Position numbers and translations under genes: made by a program. Below the pieces are notes generated by a model. That model did not search any database. It was not told the origin of the DNA and worked only from the letters and a program-made list of their open reading frames with translations. Below, in pieces: positions 25,912 through 39,657 of a stretch of DNA of 64,000 nt. Within the stretch, counting starts at the first letter, position 1, and each line of letters begins with the position of its first letter. The stretch spans positions 1-64,000 of the forward strand of contig NW_024704892.1 of NCBI RefSeq assembly GCF_018977255.1, given 5' to 3'. This DNA is from Callorhinchus milii. Lineage: Eukaryota.

Positions 25912-28790
25912 CTGATGTTATACTGACTGACATGAAAGGTTGTTGGTCTGACTGATATGGGTGAACATCAGTCTTATTTACGTGGCTTAATGGATAGATG
26001 GATGAATGCAATGGATGGATGAATGAATCGAAGTAAGACTAACTGACTGTCGGACTTGAATGCCTTTTAGACTGAAAGACTGGACTATTCTTTATTTCAT
26101 GCACCCTTTCTCCATTTATAAATCGCGCCATGACAATAGCTAGCTGACTGCACACTGACCTACATTTCGCATCGAAGAATTTACAGAAAATTGCAGTCAA
26201 ATTATCTATTATTTCGCACCCTGCCCTGAATACATATGTACGTGTTTACCACCTACATCAAACCGAATATCATTGATTACCTCCTCATCCAGCGTTTGAT
26301 TAGCCTATCATCCCTCTTCTCTTCTTCTGGTGCAAAACCTCTCTTTCTGCAGGTTTTTCTACCTTTCCAAACAAGCAAAACATTATCCTTTTTTAAAAGC
26401 TCTGCATTGCGTTTCTCCAAAATCGAAAAATATTGGCTCAGCTCAATTGCGCCTTCTATCTGTGATCAGGGTTTTCACTGCACCTTTATGCTCAAGGTCG
26501 ATTCTGCTGCTCGAGTTCTCTGTTACTCTTCAACCTACTGACTTCTTTCTTATCCATGGATGCCTCCCTGCAATACATCCATGTAGGATCCAACACTCTG
26601 GGTCCAATTCTACTGGAACTAGTGCATGTAGTTTTTCTTCTCTAAACGTTCCTCCTCACATCCTTGCACAGTGGCAGCACATGGAAGGCTACAGAATTAC
26701 ACATGCAGATGTCCATATTCATGAAGAAGACACCCAAATCTGACTTCATTTTCAAACTCATCAATTGATGAGTCAAATTTTGTCTTTCAGCTCCATTTTC
26801 ATAAATTCTTCATTCGTCTCATTCTGTCATTAACCAGAATCACTTTTATTCAGCTCATCCATACATTACCGAACATTATAACCGCTCTTATTCGCCCTTA
26901 TACGCTTATATTACACCTTGCTTCTGAACCCACTCCACGATGGAAATACAGTTGTTACCTTTCATCCATTTTCAACCATCCATAAGATGCACCTAATGCA
27001 GAAATCCACTGCTCACATCCACCTCTATAACAAACGCTTTGTGCAATTTTTGAGGTTCCACGGGGTCCCTCTCCAATCTGATTCCAATAATGTTCCTTAG
27101 TGATTCCACATCTTCAAAATCATCATCGAAAAAATATTCTCATCACCAGATTGTGGTTTCGTACAGTCACATTAGTATCAGAGATAAAGGTGATTTGCCG
27201 TGACAGGAAAGCTATCCTTCGGATAAGACATTGAAACGAGCTCTCATCTGCCTACTCAGTTGGACGTTATGGATCCCGTGGCAGTAAGCTTCATTCATCA
27301 TTCATTCATTCATTCATTCATCTCATCATCATTCATCATCATTCATTCATTCATTCATTCATTCATTCATTCATATGCCCGTATTTTTACATTCGCAAAG
27401 TATTTAATTTGAACAGCCATTCACATTGCACGCAGAATACTATACGATTGATCCCTATTGGTTTAACTATTGAAATTATTCCGTTCCAATGAGTGTGCTA
27501 ATGAATTTGTTGCATCGGCAACATGTAATGATCGCAGTAATTTGATTTAATAGTAAGAATCCTATTCGACAGTTTACATTTAAAATATCTGAGTACAGCA
27601 GAATATTTTCCGACAAAGACTGCATTTGTAGGCAAACCAGTCAGCTAATCAGTACATAGCCAGCATTGATGGAATGACCAATTCTACCGTAGAGACTTTA
27701 TGGCAGGAAACCAGGCAAAATCTCTTTTCCTTTTCAGAGAATGCCAAAAGCTTTTCTCACAGCGAATCTTCGAGACCCACAGCAAACACCTCCAGTTCTC
27801 CAAATTCAATTGTAACTATCCAAAAGCATCCCCTACCACAACACGAAAAACTCAATAACGCCGTTTCTGATATTGAACAGTCATACACTCCCAAGAGGCG
27901 CAAATGCTGATTAGCAGATACCACGGAGTATAAGGAGCAGATTTGCAAGAATCAAAACTGTGACAAAGATGGAGGCTCATGGCCAATTTTTTTTGACTAA
28001 TATATTACAAATATACTGAAAGATCTACATACGTAAATCATTTTAACACCGCCTCTTGAGCTTCTCATTTCAGGAAAGCAGCTCCAAAATTGTAGCCAAG
28101 CCGCAGCCGTCGATTTGAGTGTCAGTCTCCAGTGTGAATGTAGTGACTGAAACAGCGCTGGAAACTCCAGTGATTGAGAGGTAAAGAGTGCTCAAAACAG
28201 GGTCAGGCTGAACACTTTACTACATATGCATCTAGTTAATCTACTGGTTAAATCACTTGCCAGGAACTCCAACAGCAGCGAGAATCGGATAGTAAATGTA
28301 CTGAATCCTATAAATTAGCGGAGCAGTCATCCTGGCAAATGATGGTACAACCTCCCGGTACAGGCGGCAGCTCACACTGAGAAGATGCTGTTCAAGAGCA
28401 AAAAGCTGTGTCTTTTTAAAATAAAGGGGAACGCTTCACTGAACAATTTCAGCACACGTTCACTCATATTTTGTACCCATGGGAAGAATTATGTAATGCC
28501 ACAGAGCTGAGCAATACATCTCAATGAATTTTGATCAGCTGCTCGTCTGATAGATGCATAATCTTTTATACAAACTTGCAATAACTCATACTCTATCACG
28601 GGTGGAACCACTGTATATGTTTAATTTGCTTTTGTTTTTAAAATGTCTGACAAAATCCACATATGTATATTACAGATTGAAAAAAGACAGCTTCTCTATT
28701 TCAATGCTCATTCTCTCCCTGGAGGCCGGCAATCCTCTTTATTAATACTGGAGAGTATAAGGCGCAGGTTTGCTACAAGAATAGCTTTGG
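25912..28790. repeat. Partial third copy (unit B) of 20510-23410
   Basis: Starts ctgatgttatactgactgac and ends atagctttgg; nearly identical to unit A apart from scattered small indels. Confidence 0.93.
28261..28330 (-). other. Orphan copy of GPCR exon 1
   Basis: Same MTAPLIYRIQYIYYPILAAVGVP exon and GCAAGT donor; unit B has no exon 2. Confidence 0.85.
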
Positions 28791-28995
28791 CTTGTGGTTG
28801 GTTTGTCGGTTCAATTCTGGGATATTTGGTAAAGATCATTTCATACCTTCTGTTGCCAGCAGCTTCTGCCTAATGAAGTCAAACATAGATAAAGTTCAGC
28901 TCACAATGCGACACCACCAACAACAAAAAATTACATGTGTACAGAGTCTCTTACGTCCCAATTCAATCTCTGATCTCTTTATCAATCACAATTAG

Positions 28996-29748
28996 ATTCG
29001 ACCCTGAGCTGTCCTTTCTCCCTCACATCCGCACCACAACTGGCACCGCCTTCCATCACCTCCGGAACATCGCCAGACTACGGCATTACCTCACCCCTCA
29101 CGCTGCTGAAACCCTGGTTCACGCCTTTGTCACCTCAACGCTGGACTACGGGAACTCTCTCCTCGCCGGCCTTCCCGCCACCTCCCTGCACAAGCTGCAG
29201 GTCATTCAGAACTCTGCAGCTCGGTGTACTGTCCCGCACCAGCTTCGGGACCACCATCACTCCCCACCCTCGCTCACCCTCCACTGGCTCCCCTATCCCC
29301 CAGAGAATTGATTTCAAGATTTTCATCCTCACGTACAAGGCCATTCACGGCCTTGCTCCCTCCTACCTCTCCAACCTACTTCCCCCACCTACCTGCCCGT
29401 CACCCTCCGTTCCTCTGGCTCCGACTGCTCCACGTCCCCCGCCCCAACCTCCCTACCATCGGTGGTCGGGCCTTCAGCCTCTCAGCCCCGAGGCTCTGGA
29501 ACTCCATCCCCCAGTGCCTTCGCCGCTTCCTCCCTTTCCTCCTCCAAGGCCGTTCTCAAAACCTTTCTCTTTGACCGTGCCTTCAGCTCCCCTCTCGACT
29601 CTCTTCCCCCCTCCTCGCTCCTCCCTTCCCTCCCCTCAACCTGACCATTTCCCCCTGCTCGGGTCATGACCCAACTGTGCAGCGCCTTGGGACGTCCTCC
29701 TGACGTGAAAGGCGCTTTATAAATGGAATCTTGTTGTTGTTGTTGTTG
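28996..29748 (+). mobile_element. L2 LINE 3' end (duplicate of 18217-18969)
   Basis: Same flanks and tail; several small indels at 29220-29430. Confidence 0.92.
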
Positions 29749-30065
29749 AAATGTGAGTGCGGGCGCACAATGTAGATGAAGCTTTATTGTGTCTGCATCA
29801 GTGACCTGGGTTTGGGGAAACGGAGTGTATAGTGAGCCATATTCTCTCTCTAAAGCTAACTTGGGAATTTGGATGCACAGTGCAGAGGTAGATCTATTCT
29901 GATTGTAACCCCAACATGGAAGAGCGGACAGAGAGTGTAGAGTGAATTTAGTCTGTCTTTTTCCGAGATTTGCAAATGCGTATGATAGCCTGGAATAAGT
30001 TTTACATTGTCTTTAAAAATGACTTGTGAGTGTGGACAGACATTGTAGGAATTAACTGTTCTCTT

Positions 30066-33000
30066 TTATTCAGGCAGAAGGTAATCGGCATCCATGGACA
30101 AGTTGTTAACGAAATAATCTGAAAATATTAGAAATGGAAATGTAATCGCGCTTTTCAGCTGCTCTCTGAATTTAGTCTGAGTAACTGCATATATACACGT
30201 GTTTGTACAGGAATTCAACAGCTGCAGCGTGGCGCCAGTTTCATAGAAAATGTACAAAGGATCATTGGAGTCCATGTGGGGTTCTTTTTTTAAAAATCCT
30301 CCAGTATAAGATAACGGATACTTGTGTCATCTACAATAATATAAAACTGGCTAAAACAGCAAATAGTAAAACGATGGATTTCCTTCTGCTCTTTATCTCC
30401 GGATCTCTGTCACTCGCTCCTCTATTCCAGTCCCCAGTGTTGTATCCCCACAATCTACTGCGCGCTCGACTGGCCACCAGTATGTGGCTGATCGTCAGGG
30501 TGTTGAGCAGAAAAATCAGAACGAATGGTATAATTGGGATTAAAATTATGTCGAGCAGGTCAAAAGCTACCCATGCGGAAGAAGTGAAAAATTCTATTTT
30601 AATTGCGCAGCCCCGTGTTGTATTTTTAACTATTTGCACTGATGTGAACACAAAATACCAGGGAATTTTTTGCCCAATTATAAACATACTGAATACGGCG
30701 ATAACAACACAAGCAGTTTTTTCGGTGCAATATTTGGTTTTCAATTGTTGGCAACAAATAGCCACATATCGATCAAAAGTAAAGGACACAGTAAACCAAA
30801 CTGAAGTTGCCGTTATTGTTGCAAACAGGAAGGAAAGGAGTCCACAGACAGCAGTAATGGACAGAAAACTATTGGGAAAGTAAGGCGAAATAATGCGAGT
30901 CAATACCACTTCGGTGAAAATCAGCATCAGATCAGACACTGACATGGCCACCAGATAGCGGGTGATGCACTTGGAGAGACCGCACTTCCCTCCAGACAGG
31001 ATCACAATTGACACCAGGTTAGCTGTAGGAAGAGGAAAAAAGAAATGGACAGTTATAATCATTGTTTGCTACAGTTTGTCTAGTGCCGACAAAGCGAAGG
31101 ATGCGGTCTCGATTTAGGCTAAACAGTCGCCTCCTCCAACTCAGTTCTTGTTCCCGAAGATTTTTGCCTCATGGTCCATCATCAAAACTGTATGGATTAC
31201 CGGCTCAGTTAGGTGCCATTGCCTTTAATATAGGTAGCTGCTTGTCGTTAGGTTACCAAAGAGGTAAGATATATTATAGAGTCGAAAAATGCTGATGTTA
31301 TACTGACTGACATGAAAGGTTGTTGGTCTGACTGATATGGGTGAACATCAGTCTTATTTACGTAGCTTAATGGATAGATGGATGAATGCAATGGATGGAT
31401 GAATGAATCGAAGTAAGACTAACTGACTGTCGGACTTGAATGCCTTTTAGACTGAAAGACTGGACTATTCTTTATTTCATGCACCCTTTCTCCATTCATA
31501 AATCGCGCCATGACAATAGCTAGCTGACTGCACACTGACCTACATTTCGCATCGAAGAATTTACAGAAAATTCCAGTCAAATTATCTATTAGTTCGCACC
31601 CTGCCCTGAATACATATGTACGTGCTTTACCACCTACATCAAACCGAATATCATTGATTAACTGGTCATCCAGCGTTTGATTAGCCTATCATCCCTCTCT
31701 CTTCTTCTGGTGCAAAACCTCTCTTTCTGCAGGTTTTCCTACCTTTCCAAACAAGCAAAACATTAACTTTTTTTAAAAGCTCTGCATTTTGTTTCTCCAA
31801 AATCAAAAAATATTGGCTCAGCTCAATTGCGCCTTCTATCTGTGATCAGGGTTTTCACTGCACCTTTATGCTCAAGATCGATTCTGCTGCTCGAGCTCTC
31901 TGTTACTCTTTAACCTACTGACTTCTTTCTTATCCATGGATGCCTCCCTACAATACATCCATGTAGGATCCAACACTCTGGGTCCAATTCTACTGGAACT
32001 AGTGCATGTGGTTTTTCTTCTCTAAACGTTCCTCCTCACATCCTTGCACAGTGGCAGCACATGGCAGGCTACAGAATTACACATGCAGATGTCCATATTC
32101 ATGAAGAATACACCCAAATCTGACTTCATTTTCAAACTCATCAATTGATGAGTCAAATTTTGTCTTTCATCTCCATTTTAATAAACTCTTCATTCGTCTC
32201 ATTCTGTCACTAACCAGAATCACTTTTTTTCAGCTCATCCATACATTACCGAACATTATAAACGCTCTTATTCGCCCTTATACGCTTATATTACACCTTG
32301 CTTCTGAACCCACTCCACGATGGAAATACAGTTGTTACCTTTCATCCATTTTCAACCATCCATAAGATACAGCTAATGCAGAAATCCTCTGCTCACATCC
32401 ACCTCTATAACAAACGCTTTGTGCAATTTATTGAGGTTCCACCGGGTCCCTCTCCAAACTGATTCCAACAGTGTTCCTTAGTGATTCCACATCTTCAAAA
32501 TCATCATCGAAAAAATATTCTCATCACCCAAATTTTGGTTTCGTACAGTCAAATTAGTATCAGAGATAAAGGTGATTTGCCGTGACAGGAAAGCTGTCCT
32601 TCGGATAAGACATTGAATCGAGCTCTCATCTGCCTACTCAGTTGGACGTTATGGATCCCGTGGCGGTAAGCTTCATTCATTCATTCATTCATTCATTCAT
32701 TCATTCATTCATATGCCCGTATTTTTACATTCGCAAAGTATTTAATATGAACAGCCATTCACATTGCACGCAGAATACTATACGGTTGAACCCTATTGGT
32801 TTAACTATTCAAATTAGTGTTCCAATGAGTGTGCTAATGAATTTGTTGCATCGGCAACATGTAATGATCGCAGTAATTTGATTAAATAGTAAGAATTCTA
32901 TTCGACCGCTTACATTTAAAATATCTGAGTACAGCAGAATATTTTCCGACAAAGACTGTATTTGTAGGCAAACCAGTCAGCTAATCAGTACATAGCCAGC

Positions 33001-33679
33001 ATTGATGGAATGACCAATTCTACCGTAGAGACTTTATGGCAGGAAACCAGGCAAAATCTCTTTTCCTTTTCAGAGAATGCCAAAAGCTTTTCCCACAGCA
33101 AAGCTTCGAGACCCACAGCAAACACCTCCAGTTCTCCAAATTCAATTGTGAAACGATCCAACAACATCCACCTACCCACAACACGAAAAACTCAAATAAC
33201 CCCGTTTCTGATGTTGAACAGTCATACTCTCCCAAGAGGCGCAAATGCTGATTAGCAGATACCACAGAGTATAAGGAGCAGATTTGCAAGAATCAAACCT
33301 GTTCGACAGAAGAAGGAGGCTCATGGCCAATTTTGTTCTGACTAATATGTTACAAATATACTGAAAGATCTACAGATGTAAATCATTTAAACGACCGGCC
33401 TCTTGAGCTTCTCATTATAAGGAAAGCAGCTCCAAAATTGGAGCCAAGCCGCGAGCAGTCGATTTGAGTGTCAGTCTCCAGTGTGAGCAGTGAGTGACAC
33501 AGCGCAAGAAACTCCAGCTGATTTAGAGGGTAAAGAGTGCTCAAAACAGGGTCAGGCTGAACACTTTACTACATGTGCATCTAGTTAATCTACTGGTTAA
33601 ATCACTTGCCAGGAACTCCAACAGCAGCGAGAATCGGATAGTAAATGTACTGAATCCTATAAATTAGCGGAGCAGTCAT
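30066..33679 (-). pseudogene. GPR139-like GPCR, copy 3 (exon 1 33610-33679, exon 2 30066-31022)
   Basis: Open from TM1 to TM6, then TAG at 30331-30333 (TGG in copy 2) and a frameshift in the homopolymer run near 30285-30296; TM7 LLNSCTNTCIYAVTQTKFRE lies in another frame. Confidence 0.88.
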
Positions 33680-36600
33680 CCTGGCAAATGATGGTACAAC
33701 CTCCCGGTACAGGCGGCAGCTCACACTGAGAAGATGCTGTTCAAGAGCAAAAAGCTGTGTCTTTTTAAAATAAAGGGGGAACGCTTCACTGAACAATTTC
33801 AGCACACGTTCACTCACATTTTGTACCCATGGGAAGAATTATGTAATGCCACAGAGCTGAGCAATACATCTCAATGAATTTTGATCAGCTGCTCGTCTGA
33901 TTGATGCATAATCTTTTATACAAACTTGCAATAACTCATACTCTATCACGGGTGGTAACCACTGTATATGTTTAATTTGCTTTTGTTTTTAAAATGTCTG
34001 ACAAAGATCCACATATGTATATTACAGATTGAAAAAAGACAGCTTCTCTATTTCAATGCTCATTCTCTCCCTGGAGGCCGGCAATCCTCTTTATTAATAC
34101 TGGAGAGTATAAGGCACAGGTTTGCTACAAGAATAGCTTTGGGTCCCCAGAGTAGTTGCTCAGGTGCGTCTTAGCCTGTTTTCGAGTTTAAAAAGATCAA
34201 AATGAAACACTTGGCACAGATAAATATGTTCCATTGAATTCCAAAATGATCTCAATACATTATATTATCTGCTTTTGCGATATTGCTGTGCAATTGCACA
34301 GACGTGTTTGTTTACAGATGCACAACGACATTACGCGAAGCATTCAAATACTCTTTTGACGTGAAACAACACAGTGCATTAGACCAGAAGATATGCTACA
34401 CGAGAAGAAAAGGTGAATCCAGGTCGCCTTCCACCTTCCTGGCGGTCAAGTGCACAAATATCCGAAACTATCTATGTTCTATATTTCATAATGTTATATT
34501 CCGAAAGAAAACTCTCTTATGTGTGTTTGAAAGAATCAACACTTGCTGCTTCAACCATCTCCCATGGGGGCCTGTTCCACGTGTTCACTAATCGCTCACT
34601 GAAATAATATTTTCGTTGAATCATACTGAATTTACCCCCTTCATTTGCAGGCCGTGTCCTCGGGTTTTGCTATTCTGGACAAGTTGAGACAGCCTGTAAT
34701 GATCTGTGTTATATGGCCACGTTAGAATCTTAAGGACAGCAATCACGTTGCCTCTCAATGTCCTTCTTCCAGTGTGAACATATTTACTTAGTCCCTTCTC
34801 TCAGTCCAGTTCCTCTGTTCCCTAAATCATTTAAGTCGCCCTATTCTGTATCTAACAGTTCATCAGCACATCCGCCGCAAGCGATATACATTCTGACTAT
34901 ATTTTCTCTCCTATCATGTACCCAGTTTCACATAATATATATAGGTTAGGTGATGCGACAAGGACAGGCATCTGGATGCTTGCCAGCCAGTTCTCTCAGT
35001 GACAGGCTTTGAAGCTGTTACTGGCGAATCTGCAGCCGAGCTCAATCACACAATTTGTTTTGTCTGCTCTGGACTGATCAGACAGATGATCACCAAATAT
35101 AAGGCAACACACAATCAGATATTTATTAACTGGCCCTCTTCACTGACATCATTCTTTGACTCTCCTTTGCATCCATTGCAATACCTTTTAATCTTTCCTA
35201 ATACGAGAAATCTGAACACAGCGCTGCAGTTGCAATGTAACCAATGATATGCACAAATATGCCATTGACAGCTGAATTTTGTTTTCTATGATTCTACCTA
35301 TAGAACCAAGAATACTGTCAGATTTCCACAGATATTTCGTCATCCAACAATCTGAAGGATATGCTGCTTGTCACTTCCAGTTACAGAGATAAAGCCACCT
35401 CTAATGTGCCTTTGCTCCTCTGCTACTCGCAGGAAACTGCCAGTCAGTATGTAAAACCTTCCCTCGTCCTTTCTGCCCAAATGGTAAACTTACATTTTGC
35501 TTCTTTAAACTTCAGCTTTCACCGATCGGCCCGTTCCACTTATATATTGAATTCCTGCTGCTTGTACACGTTGATATAACATTGAATCTTTTCCTTAAGA
35601 TTGTGAGATAGACATCTTCGAGTTCCGCCTGTTATGTCAAATGAAACTGAGGCACAATATAGTGACTAAATACAGTAGAGTGATTTTATGTGAACATAGT
35701 TTTTGCCACTGTTTGCAGCTGTTAAAAGTTTAACAAAGCACTATTTTTATGAAAGCGAATCACAAAATTTATGATCAGAAGCCTGCACTGTATTTATGCT
35801 ACAAATTATATAACACGAAAGGAATTAAACTGTAGAATTTTTTTAAAAAGTCATTGATTTATGAACATGGAAGCTTCATGAACGAAACTTCCTATCTAAA
35901 GGCCAGTTTTTCAGTTAGGATCAGTTCAGTTGGTGCTCGGGACTGGATTTTGTCATTCGGAGAATCATAGGATCACAGCATTATACAGAACAGAAGGAGG
36001 CCATTCAGACCACACTGTCTTTGCCGGCTATCTGAAAGCGGCTATCCAAATCAACTCTACTCACCTGCACTCTCCCAATAGTTCAGGAAAGTTTCCCTTG
36101 CCCCCCCCCACCCCCACCTCGCCCCACCCTCACCCCCACATAATTAGTTTGGATTGAATCGGTTTCCAAAACCCTTTCACGCAATGCATTCCAGATGGAA
36201 ACAACTTGCTGCTTGAAAAGAAATTTCATCTTCTCCCACCTGTTTCTTTCAGCAACTATTTTAAGTTGTGCCCTTGCGTTACCGACCGACAAGCCAGTGG
36301 CAAAATTTTCTCCTTATCTTCTCTGTTTAAGCCCCTCAAAATTGGGAATACTTCTATTAACTCAACTCTTAACCTTCTTTGCTCCAGAGAGATTAATGCT
36401 TCCATAGCCTCTCCTGATAACTGAAGTTGCTATTTCCTGGTATCATCCTGGTCAATCTCATTTGCATCCTGTGCAATGCCTTGACATCCTTCCTGATGTT
36501 TGGAGCCGTGAACCGAAAACAGTGCAATAGCTGAGGCTCAACCAATGATTTATATCAGTACGTCATATATTCCTGACGTTTGTATAATATTCCCCTGTTG

Positions 36601-36984
36601 ATCAAGCTTGGAATCCAGTACGCTTTTTTTGAAAGAGTTTTCTACCTGTCCTACCACCTTCAAACAGGCCCTGCTTTCTTTATCACATCCTGATCGCTGT
36701 ATAACAGGCCTCGTATAAACATAACAGTCTGATCTGTCATCAAGTCGTGCATATTGTGACCGTTCGTGGCGAGTCTAGTGAGGGAGAGAGATCGAAAATT
36801 GGTAGCAGCACAAAGACACACAGAGAGAGGGAGAGAGAGAAAGAAAGAGTGGGAAATACTTTTCAAAGTGAAGAAATGTTTCCAAAACTCCCAGGTTTTA
36901 CTATTAATATTATTTATTATTTATTGTTTATTATTCACTTTTTATTTTTTAGTGTCTCTTGTTCAAAATCACTAAAAAGCCTGA

Positions 36985-37190
36985 CAATAATCCCTGAAAA
37001 AANCAATCATAAAATTGTTCATTTCAACCCACGACTGTTTGTGGGGACGTTGCTGCGCGCAATTGGCTGCCGCGTTTCGCCCACAATTATTCAGTCACGA
37101 CATCTTATCGTCTATTCTGTGAAGCGCTTTGAGACGTCGAGAAGCTGTGATAAGGCACTGTATCCGATGCAAAGGTTTATTATTATTATT
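36985..37190 (+). mobile_element. SINE 3' half
   Basis: cgactgtttgtggg...gcgcaattggctgccgcg...tgcaaaggtttattattatt. Confidence 0.85.
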
Positions 37191-37199
37191 TTTAAAGAG

Positions 37200-37390
37200 A
37201 GAGGACATGGCGACCACTGGTCAGTCACAGTCTCTCTCTGTCGCTCTCTCTCTCTGTGCCGTCACAATCACAGCCACAACCTGCGGCACTGAGCCGGAAA
37301 CTACAGCTCCCGGCATGCCTCACGGGTCAGAGCCCTCTGGTGACGGGGTCGGCCCGCGCGGGGCACCCTGGGAGCTGTAGTCAGTGTGAG
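37200..37390. promoter_or_regulatory. CpG-rich promoter-like module (YY1, ETS, two inverted ZNF143/SBS motifs, CTCF-like core)
   Basis: acatggcg (~37205), ccggaa followed by actacagctcccggcatgc (37300-37318), gccctctggtgac, inverted gcaccctgggagctgtagt (37363-37381). Confidence 0.6.
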
Positions 37391-37599
37391 AGACAGAGAC
37401 ACAGAGACAGACACATGTCCACACAGTCTCAGTCTCTGTGTCTCTGTGTCTGTCTCTCTTACTGACTGAGTTGGGGAATGAGCCCAGCAGAGAGCGCAGA
37501 GTGAGCTACATCCGGAGTGAGGCGAGGCCAGAATGTGAGGGAATTTGTGAGAGTGGGAATTGGGTGCAGAGGGGAAAGTAAGTGCAGGTTATATATCTA

Positions 37600-38245
37600 G
37601 GGGGAGGAAAGAGGAGCCAGGTAATGGCCTGGCAGGTGATGTGCGAGGAATGTGGTATGTGGGAGTTGATGGAGGGCAACCTGAGCCCACGTGGCTTCAC
37701 TACAGCAAATGTCTGCAACTGAGCAATATCAAACTTAGAACAGCTGAGCTTATGTCCCATTTTCAGACACTGCGCTTCATCAGGGACAGTGAGCGTTTCC
37801 TGGACAGCATGTTGCAGCAGGCCGTCACTCCCCTAGGACTCAGTTATAGCAGCCCATCGCTGCACAGGATCCATGAGAGAGGGTTACTGGAGCTAACAGG
37901 AGGTCAGAGTACAAGAAAAGGAACACTCCCAGAGGAGCCCAACACGCACCGAACCTTCATTCGTGCTAAAAGTGATTGGTGACAGTGCGACGGGGCAAGA
38001 AGACGGCTTGTTCAAGGCAGCGCAACCCGAACAGAGTACCAGTCTCTAATCGTTACTCGAAATTAGTTATCGAGAGCGTGGAAGCCTCTCGTGACGACAG
38101 CAGTTGACATTCTGTCCAACAGGACCAGGGCATGGTCCACAAGGGCAATAGAGTTGTGATAGATGATTCAGCAGTAAGAGGCACTGACAGGATCTTCTGT
38201 AATCAGAATCGTGAGGCACGGTTGGTTTGCTGACTTCCTGGTGCA
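37600..38245 (+). mobile_element. CR1 LINE ORF1 relic
   Basis: MAWQVMCEECGMWE (CxxCxMW zinc-finger start) and a GDS-like esterase remnant (gtgatagatgattcagcagtaagaggcactgacagg). Confidence 0.65.
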
Positions 38246-38254
38246 ATGGCAGTG

Positions 38255-38590
38255 AATGGGAGGAAAGAAAGGAAGCAAGGCGAAGGCACTGGGGGATGCA
38301 GTTCCAGAGCCTAGGGGCTGAGAGGCTGAAGGCCCGGCCACCGATGGTAGGGCGGTTGGGGCGGGGGATGTGGAGCAGACCGGAGCCAGAAGAACGTAAG
38401 GTACGGGCAGGTAAGTAGGGAGTTAGTTGGTCGGAGAGGTAGGAGGCAGCAAGGTCGTGAATGGCCTTGTAGGTGAGGATGAGGATATTGAATTCGATCC
38501 TCTGGGGGATGGGGAGCCAGTGGAGTCAAGCGAGGGTGGGAGTGATGCGGTCCCGAAGTCTGGTGCGGGACAGTACACGAGCTGCAGAAT
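38255..38590 (-). mobile_element. L2 LINE fragment
   Basis: Reverse complement matches the internal part of 18217-18969. Confidence 0.9.
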
Positions 38591-39321
38591 CTGGTTTTGC
38601 ACATTCTTGTCTGGCGGAAAAAAAACACACCGTAAAGAGGTGAGGATAACATCAACTGCGACGACTCTGCCTCTTGGGTGAGGAGAGAATGTTTAAGCTG
38701 GAACTGCCGTGTGGGGATCCCTCGGTAGTTTGGACTTCGAAATTGTTTTATCGCGGTAATGCGTCTCCGCTCTGGTCAAACACTCCAGCCAATACCAGGT
38801 GGTGACACGGAAATAAAATCGAGGGTGTAAAGTATGTTGACAACTGGAGCTGCTACGAATGGTCAAAACACAAAACAGGTTATTGTATGAAATTTTTTCT
38901 CAGCTCGTATAGCTTTTTTATTCACTGGCTCTATGTAATTTGGTGAAGTCGCCGTCTCTGAATAGAGAAAAATTGCTGCCGGGATAATTCCCAGAACATG
39001 AGATCTCAGCACGGTCCCCTCTCGCAAACACCCGGGAATCTGCCTTTAGTGAAAATGTGGGTTCCTGAGGCGGAACTGGCAAGAAGACAGAGTAAACATA
39101 ATCTCACACACTCTCCCTCTGTAAAACTCACACGGTTCAGTTGAGCGTAAAAGTGACCATTTGGTTGTTTCTCGGCCTGGAGGAAGCGGTCATATCAAGT
39201 ATGGGTTGGGATGGGAAAGGGGTTCAGAGACCGGTTCAGGGCAAATCTCAGCTAATGTTCATTTACACAGATGGAAGGGAAACGACGGCTGTGATCCGGG
39301 TGGGTTGTGAGAACGGGGACA

Positions 39322-39657
39322 GTGGAGTCCTGTAGCTCAGTGGTTAGAGCACTCGCTTTGCAAGCGAGAGACCTGAGTTCAATTCCAGGCAGAGGGCGAA
39401 ACCTTGCGCAAGTTTCCTTACTCCACACAGAGCCTAATAATCATCCCTCCAAAACCAAAAACAATAATAAGTTGGTCATTTTCAATCTACGACTGTTTGT
39501 GGGACATTGCTGTGAACAATTGGCTGCCGCGTTCGCCCACAAATGTACAGTCAATTCACTTTACAGTGTGTTCTGTGAAGCAATTTGGGACGTCCTCCCG
39601 ACGTGAAAAGCGCTATATCAAATGCAAGGATCGTTACTGTTATTGCTATTATCATTA
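39322..39657 (+). mobile_element. Young full-length tRNA(Ala)-derived SINE
   Basis: Perfect anticodon stem ctcgc-tttgcaa-gcgag, A and B boxes, L2-like tail. Confidence 0.93.

Larger units (their letters stand above)
18013..25912. repeat. Segmental duplication unit A (~7.9 kb)
   Basis: Colinear with 28791-36683 from cttgtggttggtttgtcgg to gctttctttatc. Confidence 0.95.
28791..36683. repeat. Segmental duplication unit C (~7.9 kb)
   Basis: Colinear with 18013-25912, a few percent diverged by eye; includes a second copy of the TRIM 23-nt exon (28847-28869). Confidence 0.95.

Noticed and set aside
39322-39400. tRNA-Ala(TGC) gene
   Set aside because: The acceptor stem does not pair well and the sequence continues into a SINE body and tail present in many copies
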